The notes under the pieces were generated by a model. It had not been told where the DNA came from and ran no database searches. It saw only the letters and a list, made by a program, of their open reading frames with translations. DNA of 64,000 nucleotides, from assembly GCF_006345805.1 (NCBI RefSeq), contig NC_043002.1, positions 50,344,001 through 50,408,000 of the forward strand, read 5' to 3'. Numbering within the stretch: the stretch's first letter is position 1; each line of letters opens with the position of its first letter. This DNA comes from Octopus sinensis. Its lineage: Eukaryota. Positions 11,187 to 22,825 of the stretch are shown here, in pieces. A program made the translations under genes and the position numbers.

Positions 11187-11974
11187 TTGGTCTTTGGTCA
11201 GTAAGTGATATTTCCAACTTGCTTCTGTCTAGAAATCAAAGGAAATTACTAATATTGCCTTCAAACTTTGCTTCTGTGACTTGGACAGCGATGTTTTGAA
11301 ATTGACCTATTTTCCATTACATTTCAGACAGGTTCAGTAGCGAGTTACTGAAGCAGAAATATCGTTATAGCAAATATTCTATTCAATACCACTAATTTGC
11401 TTGTCAGTTGCTTGACCCTAATCTCTTGAGCATGTTCCTTAGTGGCTGACAATATGAGCATCTTTGATCGTGAGCAGGAGTAGTGGAGGAGCATCATAGG
11501 CATGTGTTGAGTAAGATTCTATGGGGTTTGAATAAATGTAACAAAGTTTGAAGGAAATATTAGCCATTTTCCATACTATCTAGGGGTGGGGGTAGAAAAT
11601 AAGAGTTGCTACCCAAGGACAGAAATCATGTTGCACAGTGTAATCTCAAGTACTTTGTGGTGTACTTTATGATTTATTGTCGTGTGTAGCGGAGAGAGTA
11701 GGTCCTCAGGAAGACGGGTGTAATTCACAATAGATTTAATGCAATGTTTTTCAAAAGAAGAGGGCCTGTAATGATCGAAAATATGGCGACAAATTGCCAA
11801 GTTTAAACAAAAATAAAGATGATTTTTAAGCGTTTCAAGCTTATTCAACACTATGACTTAGAAAGAAGAATTTGCTTAACATCCTTTTGAGGTCGATAAA
11901 ATAAAGTACCAGTCAAGTGCTTTATTTGAAAGAAGAATTTTATGGTTGCAAACTATATTTTGATTTCTTATACA

Positions 11975-12205
11975 TAAAGAAGAGCCTGGCGGTGAACTGG
12001 CAGAATTGCTAATGAGTCGAACAAAATGTTTGTGGACATTTCTTCTGACTCTCTTCGTTCTAAGTTCACATTCTGCCGAGGTCGACATTGCCTTTCATCC
12101 TTTCGGAGTCGATAGAATAAACTACCAGTCAATTATTGAGTCGGTGTAATCAATTAATCCCATCCCTTAAAATTGTGGGCCATGTTCCAAAATTTTAAAC
12201 TATTG
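11975..12205 (+). mobile_element. SINE family B
   Basis: ggcggtgaactggcagaattgc head and gccgaggtcgacattgcctttcatcctttcggagtcgat core. Confidence 0.85.
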
Positions 12206-12239
12206 ATATAAAAAACGGGAGTTAAAAATCTTCACTAGA

Positions 12240-12535
12240 ATTTTTGTGTTATACGAGCTGGTATTTGTTAGTTTGAGAGATCGAGAGTATTATTTGGGTA
12301 TCATTATTGTTGGTTCGTTCTGTTGGCTGAACGTAGTACCTTTGGGTTCTCTAAGTATGTTTCGGTGTTGTTGTTTTTTTTTTATTCATGACCATGTCTT
12401 TTATGTCTGCTGTGAATTCTGTGGAGATATTTGTTAGAATTGTCATTAAAGTTTCATGTTATATTTTGTACCTTCAATGGAAAGACTTAAACAAAGGTTT
12501 AAGTCTTGAATTATCAATTAAGTCTTTCTAATAAG
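12240..12535. mobile_element. Degenerate PLE-like fragment with hairpin or relic HHR
   Basis: Minus strand reads LMTILTNISTEFTADIKDMV, resembling a PLE RT-thumb/linker region. The plus strand has an 11-bp hairpin aagacttaaac-aaag-gtttaagtctt, and a ttaagtctttc motif shared with 58990-59025. Confidence 0.4.
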
Positions 12536-12644
12536 GATGAAAAGTGGCACATGAAATTTTTAAGATAATGGTAAGTGGGCAAGTCATTGATGGAATCGCG
12601 AATGTCGATGAAAGGACTTTGACAAATCTAGGTGACTCAGAACT

Positions 12645-12693
12645 GAAGAAGAAGAAGAAGAAGAAGAAGAAGAAGAAGAAGAAGAAGAAGAAG

Positions 12694-12723
<30 letters not shown>
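12645..12723. repeat. (AAG)n microsatellite
   Basis: Directly visible. Confidence 0.98.
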
Positions 12724-12724
<1 letters not shown>

Positions 12725-13004
12725 TAAATACAACCAGTGTGTATGTTTATTATTGGCATAATGACCGTCCCGAGATTGAGTAAAACGTCCATAGCATTTC
12801 CTTCTTTGCAGAAAAAAATTTGGTAATGATTAATTATGAACAAATTAGTCAGCTTCTGGTGTATGATTAAGGAAAATGTAATTGAACATGAAGGTTAATC
12901 TCTGGTTATATGAATATGGACACTAGTAAACTTTCATGAATACATTACTCCCTGTGTACTTGAATGACCAGATATCAATATATGTTACATAAAGCCAAAT
13001 CGGC

Positions 13005-13420
13005 TTATGAAATGTAATGAACTTTTTTTTAGATATTTCATCAGTAAAATTTCTACTGCCAAAATCAATTTCTCTAGCAATGCTTGATTCAATATCCAAT
13101 CTTGCTAAACCAACAAACCATGTTTAAGACATGTTAGCCCTTATAAAAGTTTATGATATATCTGTGTTTGCTAAGAAATCTTTCTGTTGATGTTGCTGTA
13201 GCTAGTATTGTCAACAATGAACTCAAACTAACGCAAACATTTCGATATATCTTTAATTTGAAATTAAATATAGTGCACAAACAGCATGTCACTGCACTAT
13301 TCCATCGGTGGATCTCTAAATTAGTCTTACAGCAAGTTACAGTAAATGGAATCTGCTTGGATGGTTAAGCTTCATGGAACAAAATGCACGAGTCAAATCA
13401 ATAATGTCATTGCACCAATT
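13005..13420 (-). pseudogene. hAT transposase C-terminal dimerization-domain remnant
   Basis: Across frameshifts it reads IYRNVCVSLSSLLTILATATSTEK..FYRANMS..WFVGLARLDIESSIAREIDF. This resembles hATC (FPNV..LT.PVT.AS.ERSFS.L..IK..LRSTMSQ.RL..LA.L.IE). Confidence 0.7.
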
Positions 13421-13782
13421 TTGCATGGAGGGGAGAAAGGGTTAGTTGGGTATAAATTTGTTTGTTAATAATCTAGCAATTTTCGTAAAGTTCGTTAATA
13501 AATGTAGCTATTCTAAACGTTTCAGTTTTGGTTTACCAAAATTTGCTTCAAGTACTAACAGTAAATACTGCACGAATCAAAGTATTATATTTTGCAGATG
13601 TATTACGTGGGTTCATAGTTTTGAATATCAAAATTGTCCGTTAACATTATGTTGCCCGTTAACATTATGTTGCCCGTTAACATTATTTTTTTCCATCTGT
13701 CCACTGCAAATATGTAGATAAATGTTGTTAAAACAATTATAGTTGTACAGTAAAGTAAAAAAAAAAAAAACTTCCGCCAAAT

Positions 13783-13985
13783 AGGTGCAGTCGTGGCTGT
13801 GTGGTAAGAAGCTTACTTCCCAACCACATAGTTTCGGGTTCAGTCCCACTGCGTGGAACCTTGGGTAAATGTCTTCTGCTATAACTTCGGGCCGACCGAA
13901 GCCTTATGAGTGGATTTGATAGACAAAAACTGAAAGCCTGTCGTATATATATGCGTGTGTGTCTGTGTGTCTGTGTTTGTCTCTT
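13783..13985 (+). mobile_element. SINE family A, 5' half
   Basis: gcagtcgtggctgtgtggtaagaagcttacttcccaaccac...gggttcagtccc head. Confidence 0.85.
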
Positions 13986-15124
13986 CTCTGTTTCACAAGT
14001 TGCCCATGACTAATTAGTGCAGATTTGTGCATGTTTGTTTGTACGCAGTTTGTAACACTTGTATACTGCATTATTTCAGATACTTGCTACTGACGAAGCC
14101 CAAATAGGTAGAAATACATACTTGGCCATCACTACAGATGGAAGATTTTCCCCTGTTACTGATATATTTCTGTGTTTTTTAGCACTGTACTTCTGTGAGA
14201 GAATCTTTCTTTAGACGAATAGCGCAGTTTATTGATTCTTCAGCGATGTATATGCTTTAAGTATAGGAAACAATTTGCTTGAAGCATTACAATATGTGTA
14301 AGGCAGATAAGCATGTACGAAACCTTTGAGCAATGCTGATGAGAAGTTCAGTAAAATATAAGATAATATCAATAAATAAAAACAAAGAAGAAAAGATGTA
14401 TTACTTTATATAAAGTTAATCCGAGATGTATTACTTTATATAGGTTGTTTAATGATACTATAATATTTCAGGAAAACATTTTATAGGATCGACATTAACT
14501 TACATATTTTGCTTAACTTCTCACCTGCATTTTACTTCAAACATTTATTAAATTATTAATGGTGACAGCAATCCCATGTCAAGCATTAATAAAAACAAGA
14601 ATATATTTTTTTATTTCAAATAAAATCTTTACATTCGCCTGCAGTAGATTTTTATGTTTTAATTTAAAAGAGTAAATAAATTCCATTATATATATCTTGT
14701 ATATTAATAGGGACCCCCCCCTTACGTGGTGTCCCTTAGCGGACAGTTAATACAAGGGAAATAATCATTTCTTCATCACATTTACCTGGATTAAGTTTAA
14801 CTTTGATATCAAGGAACAAGGAAAAATATGCGTTGATTACACATATTTGGTTGTTTTTTCGTTTGCAAATTATTACGAGTTACTTAAAATTTATACCAAA
14901 GCCTACCAAAAGGTTGTCCGAGAGACACTGATAACTATACATATGTTGCGCATTTTCACAAATAAACTAATCCTAATCATACCTCATCTAATCTAATCTA
15001 CCTTAATGATAGGATAGGTTAAGTTTGGTACAGTTAGATTAGTTTATTTACGATAACATACAAAATACATTACAAATGCATTTCTCTATATTTATAGCGG
15101 CGGTAATAATGATTTTATATTTTG

Positions 15125-16040
15125 GCATAAGGCCAGCAATTTCAGGAATGGGGTTAAGTCAATTGTATAGACCGAAACATTTAACTGGTACTTATTTTAC
15201 TGACCCTAAAAGGATGAAAGCAAAGTTGATCTCGGCGGAATTTTGAACTCTGAACATAAAGACGGACGAAATGCCGCTAAACGTTTTGCCCGGCATGCTG
15301 ACAGCAGCAGCAATAATCGTTTCTACTGAAGGCACAAGGCCTGAATTAAAAAAAAAAATTAGTTGGGTGGAAGGAAGGAACTAGTCGATTACATCGACCC
15401 CAGTATTTTACTGGAGCTTATTTTATCGACCCCGAAAGGATAAAAGCAAAGTCGCCCACGGTGGAATTTGAACTCTGAACGTAGCGACGGGCGAAATGCC
15501 GCTTATAATTTCGTCCAGCGTGCTAACGATTCTACCAGCACGCCGCCTTATATCAGCAGTAATAATCCTTTCTACTATAGGCACAAGGCCTGAAATTTGG
15601 GGGGAAGAGACCAATCGATTACATCAACTCCAGTATTTCACTGCTTTATTTCTTTTCTACTTCAGGCACAAGGACCGAAATTTTTAGGGAGGGGTCGGTC
15701 GATTAGATCGACCCCAGTACGCAACTGGTACTTAATTTATAGACCACCAAAGGATGAAAGGCAAAGCCAACCTCGGCGGAATTTGAACTCAGAACGTAGC
15801 GACGGTCGAAATACGGCTAAGCATTTCGTCCGGCCTGATAATGATTTTGCCATCTCGCCGCCTTAGCAGTAGTAATAATAACCTCGATTTCTCTATATTG
15901 GTTTCAAATTTTGGCACAAAACCAGCAATCTCGAAGTAATGAGTAAGTTGATTAGATCGACTTCAGTGCTCAACTGGTACTTATTTTATCGACCCCAAAA
16001 GGATGAAAGGTAAAGCTGACCTCGGCGTAATTTGAACCGG
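15125..16040 (-). mobile_element. Cluster of 4-5 head-to-tail SINE family B copies
   Basis: Repeated gaccccgaaaggatgaaag.caaagtcg.cctcggcggaatttgaactc units at about 15200, 15425, 15740 and 15990, all on the minus strand. Confidence 0.85.
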
Positions 16041-16149
16041 CGTTGGTTTGTGTCTGCCCCTTTGCTTAGTCATAGTGAAAATAGTAGTAGCACTTTTTTA
16101 CTCTAAAAATATGACTCAAAAAATATCACTCCTGAGCCTATATGCGAAA

Positions 16150-16520
16150 TGGACCTACATTAGACAATTTAATGCACAAAGAACTTTTTTCTGAATATGC
16201 GCTGCTGGAATTGGAATGCATCTTCTATGCTATCAAATACAAATTAGTTTGCACCTACAGGTCTCAGAAAAAATATATTCTTTTACCCAAGAAGGCAATG
16301 GCCTAATCAGCTTGCAATGAATTGGCCAATATTTAGACACCTGGTTTAAAGTGGATTCTTTAAAAATCAATATTTTTATTGCTCTCGTTGAGTCTGTTCT
16401 GGACTGTTCAAAGGACACGGATATTTCCTATTAAGCTTCATAGATGATAGATGGTTGTTGCACTCAACTTGTTGCAGGGTATAAATTCTTTCGCGAAAAC
16501 CCACATCCGTCACTAAAATA
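16150..16520 (+). pseudogene. RTE-clade LINE reverse transcriptase C-terminal fragment
   Basis: Frameshifted SACNELANI..LKINIFIALVESVL..IDGCCTQL resembles the post-RT region of RTE ORFs. Confidence 0.55.
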
Positions 16521-16549
16521 AATTCATAGGACTTCACCACTCATCTCGC

Positions 16550-16915
16550 AAATTATGTACCAGTTACGCACTGGGATCGATGTAATCGACTTAATCCCTT
16601 TGTCTGTCCTTGTTTGTCACCTCTGTGTTTATCCCCTTGTGATTAGTAAAGAAATAGGTATTTCGCATATCTTTACGTTGAGTTCAAATTCGCCGAGGTT
16701 GACTTTGCCTTATTTGCGTATTTATTCCGGCCTTTTATAATCTGAGTTCGAATGTTGCCGAGGTGATCTTTTCTTTTTCATCCTCCGAAGTTGGTATCTC
16801 CTTTTTTCGATTTTTTTTTTTTTTGTGTCCTTCAATTTGTTCATTCTTCCTTGATCTCTTCCTTTTTCCCAACAATGCAAAATGGCCTTAGTAGAAATGA
16901 CCAACACCGTCTCGC
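16550..16915 (+). mobile_element. SINE family B dimer followed by a variant-tail SINE
   Basis: Body-tail-body junction aaagaaata|ggtatttcg at about 16650. The variant segment 16728-16915 is homologous to the reverse complement of 19905-20105. Confidence 0.7.
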
Positions 16916-17554
16916 AAAGCAAATACAATTTGCTGGGCATCGCTTCACAGCAGGGGATTTTTTTAGCTAATCTTCTTTGTCTATAGACCCCTTTGATTAT
17001 TATTTTATTCTGGTAAGCTTCTATAGCCATTCAATGTTTAAAAACTAGTTTTATAGAAACTTCTTTCAAAATTCCTATTTTGTTTTCTACGCATTAAACT
17101 TGTGTAAGTTGAACTATGTAAAATGTTAGAGACAGAAACCTAATTTGTTTCGTGCAATACACACCAATACATACATCTAATGCAAAATACTTTGTGGATC
17201 TCCGATTTACTTTTTTGTTGCGTGGACCCCAACAAAATCTTATATGGACTCCGGTTGAGAACTAGTGGTTTACAACAAAGAATGGAACAACGTCATCATT
17301 CGTCCAGCTGGAAACATCGGCCAGTTGGTTGTAAAACTTGTCTACTCTCCTAGTTTTTTTTATTATCTTTTATTTGTTTCATTTGTTATCTTTTATTTGT
17401 TTCAGTCACTGGATTGAAGTCATGATGGGACACAGCCATAAAGGTGTTTAGTGGAACAAATTGATTCTCAACAGCTACGTTACGGTTGTTAAGCAGTGGA
17501 TGGGGGCCAAGCACAGACACATAGGCACGCAAACACACACACACACAACACACA

Positions 17555-18425
17555 CACACACGACTCATTTATTTTTTATTTATCATAAATCTTCCACTGA
17601 GGAGGGAACCGGTTTTCAACAAAGATACAAGGCTCCATCTTTGGGATGTAGCTAACACAGACAAATTCACATTTGGAACTTGAGAAAAGTCTTGCATACT
17701 TTTACTGTTCCACTCACAGATTACACTTGTAATGTACGAATTAACCAGTCGATTTCTCTTTCTGAAAATCCCAGATTCTCCTTTAAGCATTTACTAACAA
17801 AACCTAGTGCTCCAATTATTATTGGTATGAATATGAATTCATAGTCTGGATATAGAAGCTGTAGGTTTCGAAGCAGTTGTCCATAGATATTTTCTTTTTC
17901 TTTGATTTTCAAAGAGATATCTATATCTGCAGGGCAGCTGACCTCTATGATGGTACATACTTTTGCCCTTCCGTCCCAAACAACAATGTCCAGTCTTTTA
18001 TGTTTGCATTTGACAGAAGTTTTAATGGGAATATTCCACCAGTATTCTTTGAGTTCGTGTTTATAAATGTATTCCATAACAGAGGGATTTTTAAAGTTTA
18101 TTTCAAGAAAGTCTGTTTTATTGGTTTTTTTTATGGATGGCATTGTAAATTGTTTTAGCAACAACATCGTGCCGCATAAGCAGGTAGTACCGTGAGAAAT
18201 TTTAGGACAGTTGCTAATCACATGCGTGATTTCTTCCACAGAAACATGACAGCGTACACATGCGGTTGCACTTTGGGATTACAAGAGCATTACTGTCTCT
18301 CTTTTTCACCTGGTACTTTGTGGCAATCTCCTGTTCCTGGATTGTCAACGCATAGCCCTCAAAGTGTGATGTGATGTAGTGGTCTTGTGTCCAAGAGAGG
18401 CTGCGCATCGTGTCAATTCTACTGC
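17555..18425 (-). pseudogene. R4/Dong-like (RLE) non-LTR retrotransposon 3' fragment
   Basis: ITSHFEGYALTIQEQEIATKY, a CCHC knuckle relic (CNRMC..EEITHVISNCPK), and RLE motifs (KHKRLDIVVWD..CTIIEVSCPAD..KENIYGQLLRNLQLLYPDY..IPIIIGALG). Homologous to 8830-9155. Confidence 0.85.
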
Positions 18426-18749
18426 GTTGTATGTATGTGTATATATGTATACATACACGACGGGCTTTCACATAATTTCTGTCAAAGTTGCAAACAAGGA
18501 TTTTGCTCGGCCCGAGGCTGTAGTTGAATATACACGTCCAAAAGTGCCATGCAGTATCACGGAACTTGAAGCAACGTTACTGCAAAGTGAACTTGCGTCT
18601 ACGGCATACAAATGTCATTACCAGAGAATCGGAAAGGAAATGCGTTACTTTGATGAGGTAATGCAGGATCTTGAGTATCGGGGAGAAGTTTTGAAGGCTT
18701 TCTCCTCGGGTTCGCCGTGTAATGACGATGGTAGCGGCTATGGTGGCGT

Positions 18750-19110
18750 CGGTGGTAGTGATTGTGGTGGTGGTGTTGTTGGGGTTTTAGCGATGGTAGT
18801 AATAACGTTTATTAGTGGTATTATTAATGGCAGTGGCGGGGGGCAATGCTGCAGAACGTGGTTAGAGTAGTACTGGCAATAGTTTTACTTGTGGCGGTGT
18901 CCGGAGCACTACTACTTGTGCTGTTGTAGTGGTTGTAGCTGCAGTGTAGGTCATTTTACTTATTAAAGTAGTGGTTGTAGTGGTGGTGTACTAGTAATAA
19001 TAGTGATGACGGCGGTGACAATTGTGATGCTGGTGATAGGCGTGCTTGCTGCATTACGACTGGTGGTGGAGGTGGTAGTGATAGTGATGACTGCAGTGCT
19101 ACAAATAGTA

Positions 19111-19151
<41 letters not shown>

Positions 19152-19487
19152 GTTGTAGTAGTAGTGTACAGGTGGTGGTGGTAGAGATAGTAGTAGCAAT
19201 AGTAGTATTAGTAGTGGTGGTGGTGGTGGAGATATTTGTAGTAGTAGTGGAGGTGGTGGTGGTGTGGAGATAGTAACAGTGGTAGTGGTGGTGGTGGTGG
19301 TGAAAATAATTGTAGTAGTAGTAATAGTAGTAATTGTAGTGGTGGTGGTGTTGGTAGGGATGGAGATAGTAGTTGTAGAGGTGGTGGTGAAGATAATTGT
19401 AGTAGTAGTAGTGATGGTTTTGATGTTGGTGTTGGAGACAGTAGTAGTAGCAGCAGCAGCAGCAGCAGCAACAGTAGTAGTAGTAGT

Positions 19488-19525
<38 letters not shown>

Positions 19526-19800
19526 TAGTAGTAGTAGAGCATAACTTTAAAAGTTCATTGCTGCACACCATAAATCACACTAACCCCCATAGACAAACCA
19601 ACATCAATTATTCCTTACAAACCGGAAACGGTGGAGTTGTGTGGTGACAGCGATGACTGTGGTGATGATGATGGTGGTAGTGGTAGTAGTTGTGGTGATG
19701 ATGACGGTAGTGGTGTTGGTAGCAGTGGTATTAACGATGTTCCGAGGATGATGGTGTTGGTGTTGGTGGTTGTGTGGTGATGTAGTGTAAGTTTATGATA
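18750..19800. repeat. Compound trinucleotide low-complexity tract (GTA/GTG/GCA/TAC)
   Basis: Directly visible; explains the poly-T, poly-V and poly-A ORFs in the track. Confidence 0.95.
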
Positions 19801-20169
19801 GTAGAGTGATGTGATAGTCATGGCTGAGGGAAGATGGGTTTTTTTGTCCCTTTCCTTTGGTTTGGTGGTGGCGGTGTCAACATTAAGAGAGTCATGTGGT
19901 CGTTTTTGCTGACGATGTTGGTCATTTCTACTAAGGCCATTAGTAAGGAAGAGATCAAGGAAGAATGAACAAATTGAGGGCTAAAAAAAACAAAAAAAAA
20001 AAAAACAGAAATCAGAAAAAGGAGATACCAACTTTAGAGGGATGAAAAAGAAAAGATCACCTCGGTGACATTCGAACTCAGACTATGAAAGGCCAGAATA
20101 GATACGGCAATGCAGTTCTGCCTCCGTCCCCGACGCTTTAACGATTCTGCTAATCCACCAACCTGGTAA

Positions 20170-21010
20170 TGAAATTATTCTTTTCTACTCTAGGCTCAAG
20201 GCGCCAAATTTTTGGAGAGGAAGCCAGTCGATTAGATCGACCCTAGTACGCAACTGGCACTTAATTTATCAACCCCGAAAGGATGAAAGGCAAAGTCGAC
20301 CTCGGCGGAATTTGAACTCAGACGAAATAGGCTAAGCATTTTGCCCGGCGTGCTAACGTTTCTGCCAGCTCACTGCTTTGAAAACGGAATATTCTTTTCT
20401 ACTGTAGACACAAGGCCTGAAATTTTGGGGGAGTGGGCAATCAATTAGATCGATTCCAGTACGCAACTAATACTTAATTTATCGACCCCAAAAGGATGAA
20501 AGGCAAAGTCGACCTCGACGGAATTCGAACTCAGAATGTAAAGATAAGCGAAATACCGCTAAGCATTTCACCTGGCGTGCTAACGTTTCTTATTTTTTAT
20601 TGCCCACAAACGGCTAAGCATAGATGGAGACAAACAAGGACAGACAAAGGGATTATTAAGTCGATTACATCGACCCCAGTGCATAACTGGTACTTAATTT
20701 ATCGACCCCGAAAGATGAAAGGCAAAGTCGACCTCGGCAGAATTTGAACTCAGAACGTAACGGCAGACGAAATACCTATTTCTTTATTACCCACAAGGGG
20801 CTAAACACAGAGGGGACAAACAAGGACAGACATAGGTATTAAGTCGATTACATCGACCTAAGTGCGTAACTGGTACTTAATTAATCGACCCCGAAAGGAT
20901 GAAAGGAAAAGTCGACCACGGCGGAATTTGAACTCAGAACGTAACGGCAGACGAAATACCGCTAAGTATATCGCCCGGCGTGCTAACGTTTCTGTCAGCT
21001 CGCCGCCTTT
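20170..21010 (-). mobile_element. Array of five SINE family B units with alternating tails
   Basis: Core units at about 20275, 20485, 20705 and 20890. Two tail types: tgtccttgtttgtcccctctgtgtttagcc and cccccaaaatttcaggccttgtg. Confidence 0.88.
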
Positions 21011-21252
21011 AGTAATGAAATTATTATATATCTTTCTACTATTGCAGTGTGTTTCGACCATTTTGTACCTATAGACCACTTTGATATATATTTTCCTCTC
21101 CTGGATCATCCTAGTCATTCGATGTTTAAAAAATCATATATTATTATGTTTAATCCAAGTTACGTTGAAAGGGAACAAACAAAGTTTGCTTTAGAAGCGT
21201 TGAGATGTATTGAAAGATACAGATAAGGAAATAATTTTGTTCTCAAACGCAG

Positions 21253-21420
21253 AATAATGCTAACAATACAGCTCGAACAGGATAAACTATTCATATTTTG
21301 CAGAAAAATCTGTCGGCGGCCAGCCATGAGACTTGAACTTACATCGCTGTGATTACGCGTCAAGTGCTTTACCATTAAGCTAAACTGCCCAGCTGTTCAT
21401 GCTATATTATTAGCATTATT
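21253..21420 (-). mobile_element. tRNA-Thr(CGT)-like pseudogene or cassette flanked by 28-bp inverted repeats
   Basis: Minus 21390-21317 reads GGGCAGTTTAGCTTAATGGTAAAGCACTTGACGCGTAATCACAGCGATGTAAGTTCAAGTCTCATGGCTGGCC (degenerate cloverleaf). IR aataatgctaacaatacagctcgaacag at 21253-21280 pairs with 21393-21420. Confidence 0.6.
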
Positions 21421-22109
21421 AAAATATATTGCGTAATGTAGAAGTATAACCAATTTATTGCAGATGAATTTTAACAAAATCTTATATGGAGCCCAAGGAC
21501 CACAAGGACCCCGGTTGAGGTCCAATTGACTATAGATATAAGGCCTGATATTTTGGGGAAGGGGTATAATCAATTACATTGGCCCAGTACTTCACTGGTT
21601 GCTCTTTTATCAATCGTGAAAGGATGAAAGGCAAAGTCGATCTCGGTAGAATTTTAACTTAGAGCGTAGAGGCCGGCGGAAATGCCGCTAGGCATTTTAT
21701 TCAGCGTGATAAGGATTCTATCTGCTCATCGTCTTGGTAATGAATAAATAAATATTAAATAAATGAATAAATAATCCTTTCTACTATTGACGCAAAGCTT
21801 GAAAATTTGGGAGTGGGGAGTTGATTAAGTCGACTCCAATACTCAACTGGTACATATTTCATCCCCAAAAGTACGAGAGGTAAAGTTGACCTTGACGGAA
21901 TTTGAATTCAGAACGCAAAGGATAAATATTACCTCTAGGTATTAATACCTGCCTGGCTAATCGCGACATCAGTGCCTGTTCCAGCACTGTCAATCTATAT
22001 ATCGCAGGCGGGGAAATGAATCGCTACTGTCTCTAGCGGTCGAGTATCCATCATTGACAAGACCAAACAAAGTCGAAATCATATGATCTGGCGGTCTTTG
22101 CGTTGGAGC

Positions 22110-22686
22110 TGGCAGGGATTTATCTCCACGTTAGCAATATATATATAAGAGTATATTTTGCATAAAAAATCCAATATGAGAGTTAGGGTTTCTACAGTTA
22201 CAATTGTTACTAATATTAGACGTACTATTGTTGTGTGCATGTGTGTTGATAGAGGAAGAGTTTGTGTGAGTATGGGAATCGTTGGTAGAAGATACAGAGC
22301 TACTTGAATAATTGGGGTTAATATAAGTAGTAGAGGGGATTAAATTCTTGCAGTAAAGATTTAGTTTTCTATTGTTAAAGGAAGAAACAATCCTAAATAA
22401 GTTAGGAGAAACAGAAAAGCCAAATCTAATCATTCTGTTATTGAATATCCCAGCGTACCTAGATTTACTCAAATCTGATATGATAGAACGAATAGACTTT
22501 ACAAAATTAGACTTCAAATGTTTAGCAAAAGGAAATATAATCCAAATAATGTTATTATTGTGTTTCTTATTGGTATGATGGTTTTTATTAGACGGGTCAC
22601 CCATTCGAATAAATGGTATAGGTTTCTTTTTACCTCTCGTATTAACACTTTCATTAACATTCTTGTTTTTGTTGTTGTTGTTGTTG

Positions 22687-22756
<70 letters not shown>

Positions 22757-22767
22757 CATTATCACTA

Positions 22768-22825
<58 letters not shown>

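Noticed and set aside
13635-13690. 18-bp tandem repeat x3 (ccgttaacattatgttgc)
   Set aside because: Ordinary short minisatellite with no further structure.
14074-14130. CTGACGA...GAAA hammerhead-like motif or 28-nt micro-exon
   Set aside because: Stems II and III are poorly paired and stem I is absent; the exon reading is also unsupported.
15125-21010. Regularly recurring conserved units resembling a CRISPR array
   Set aside because: Units are diverged SINE bodies of about 200 bp with irregular spacing in a eukaryotic context, and there are no cas genes.
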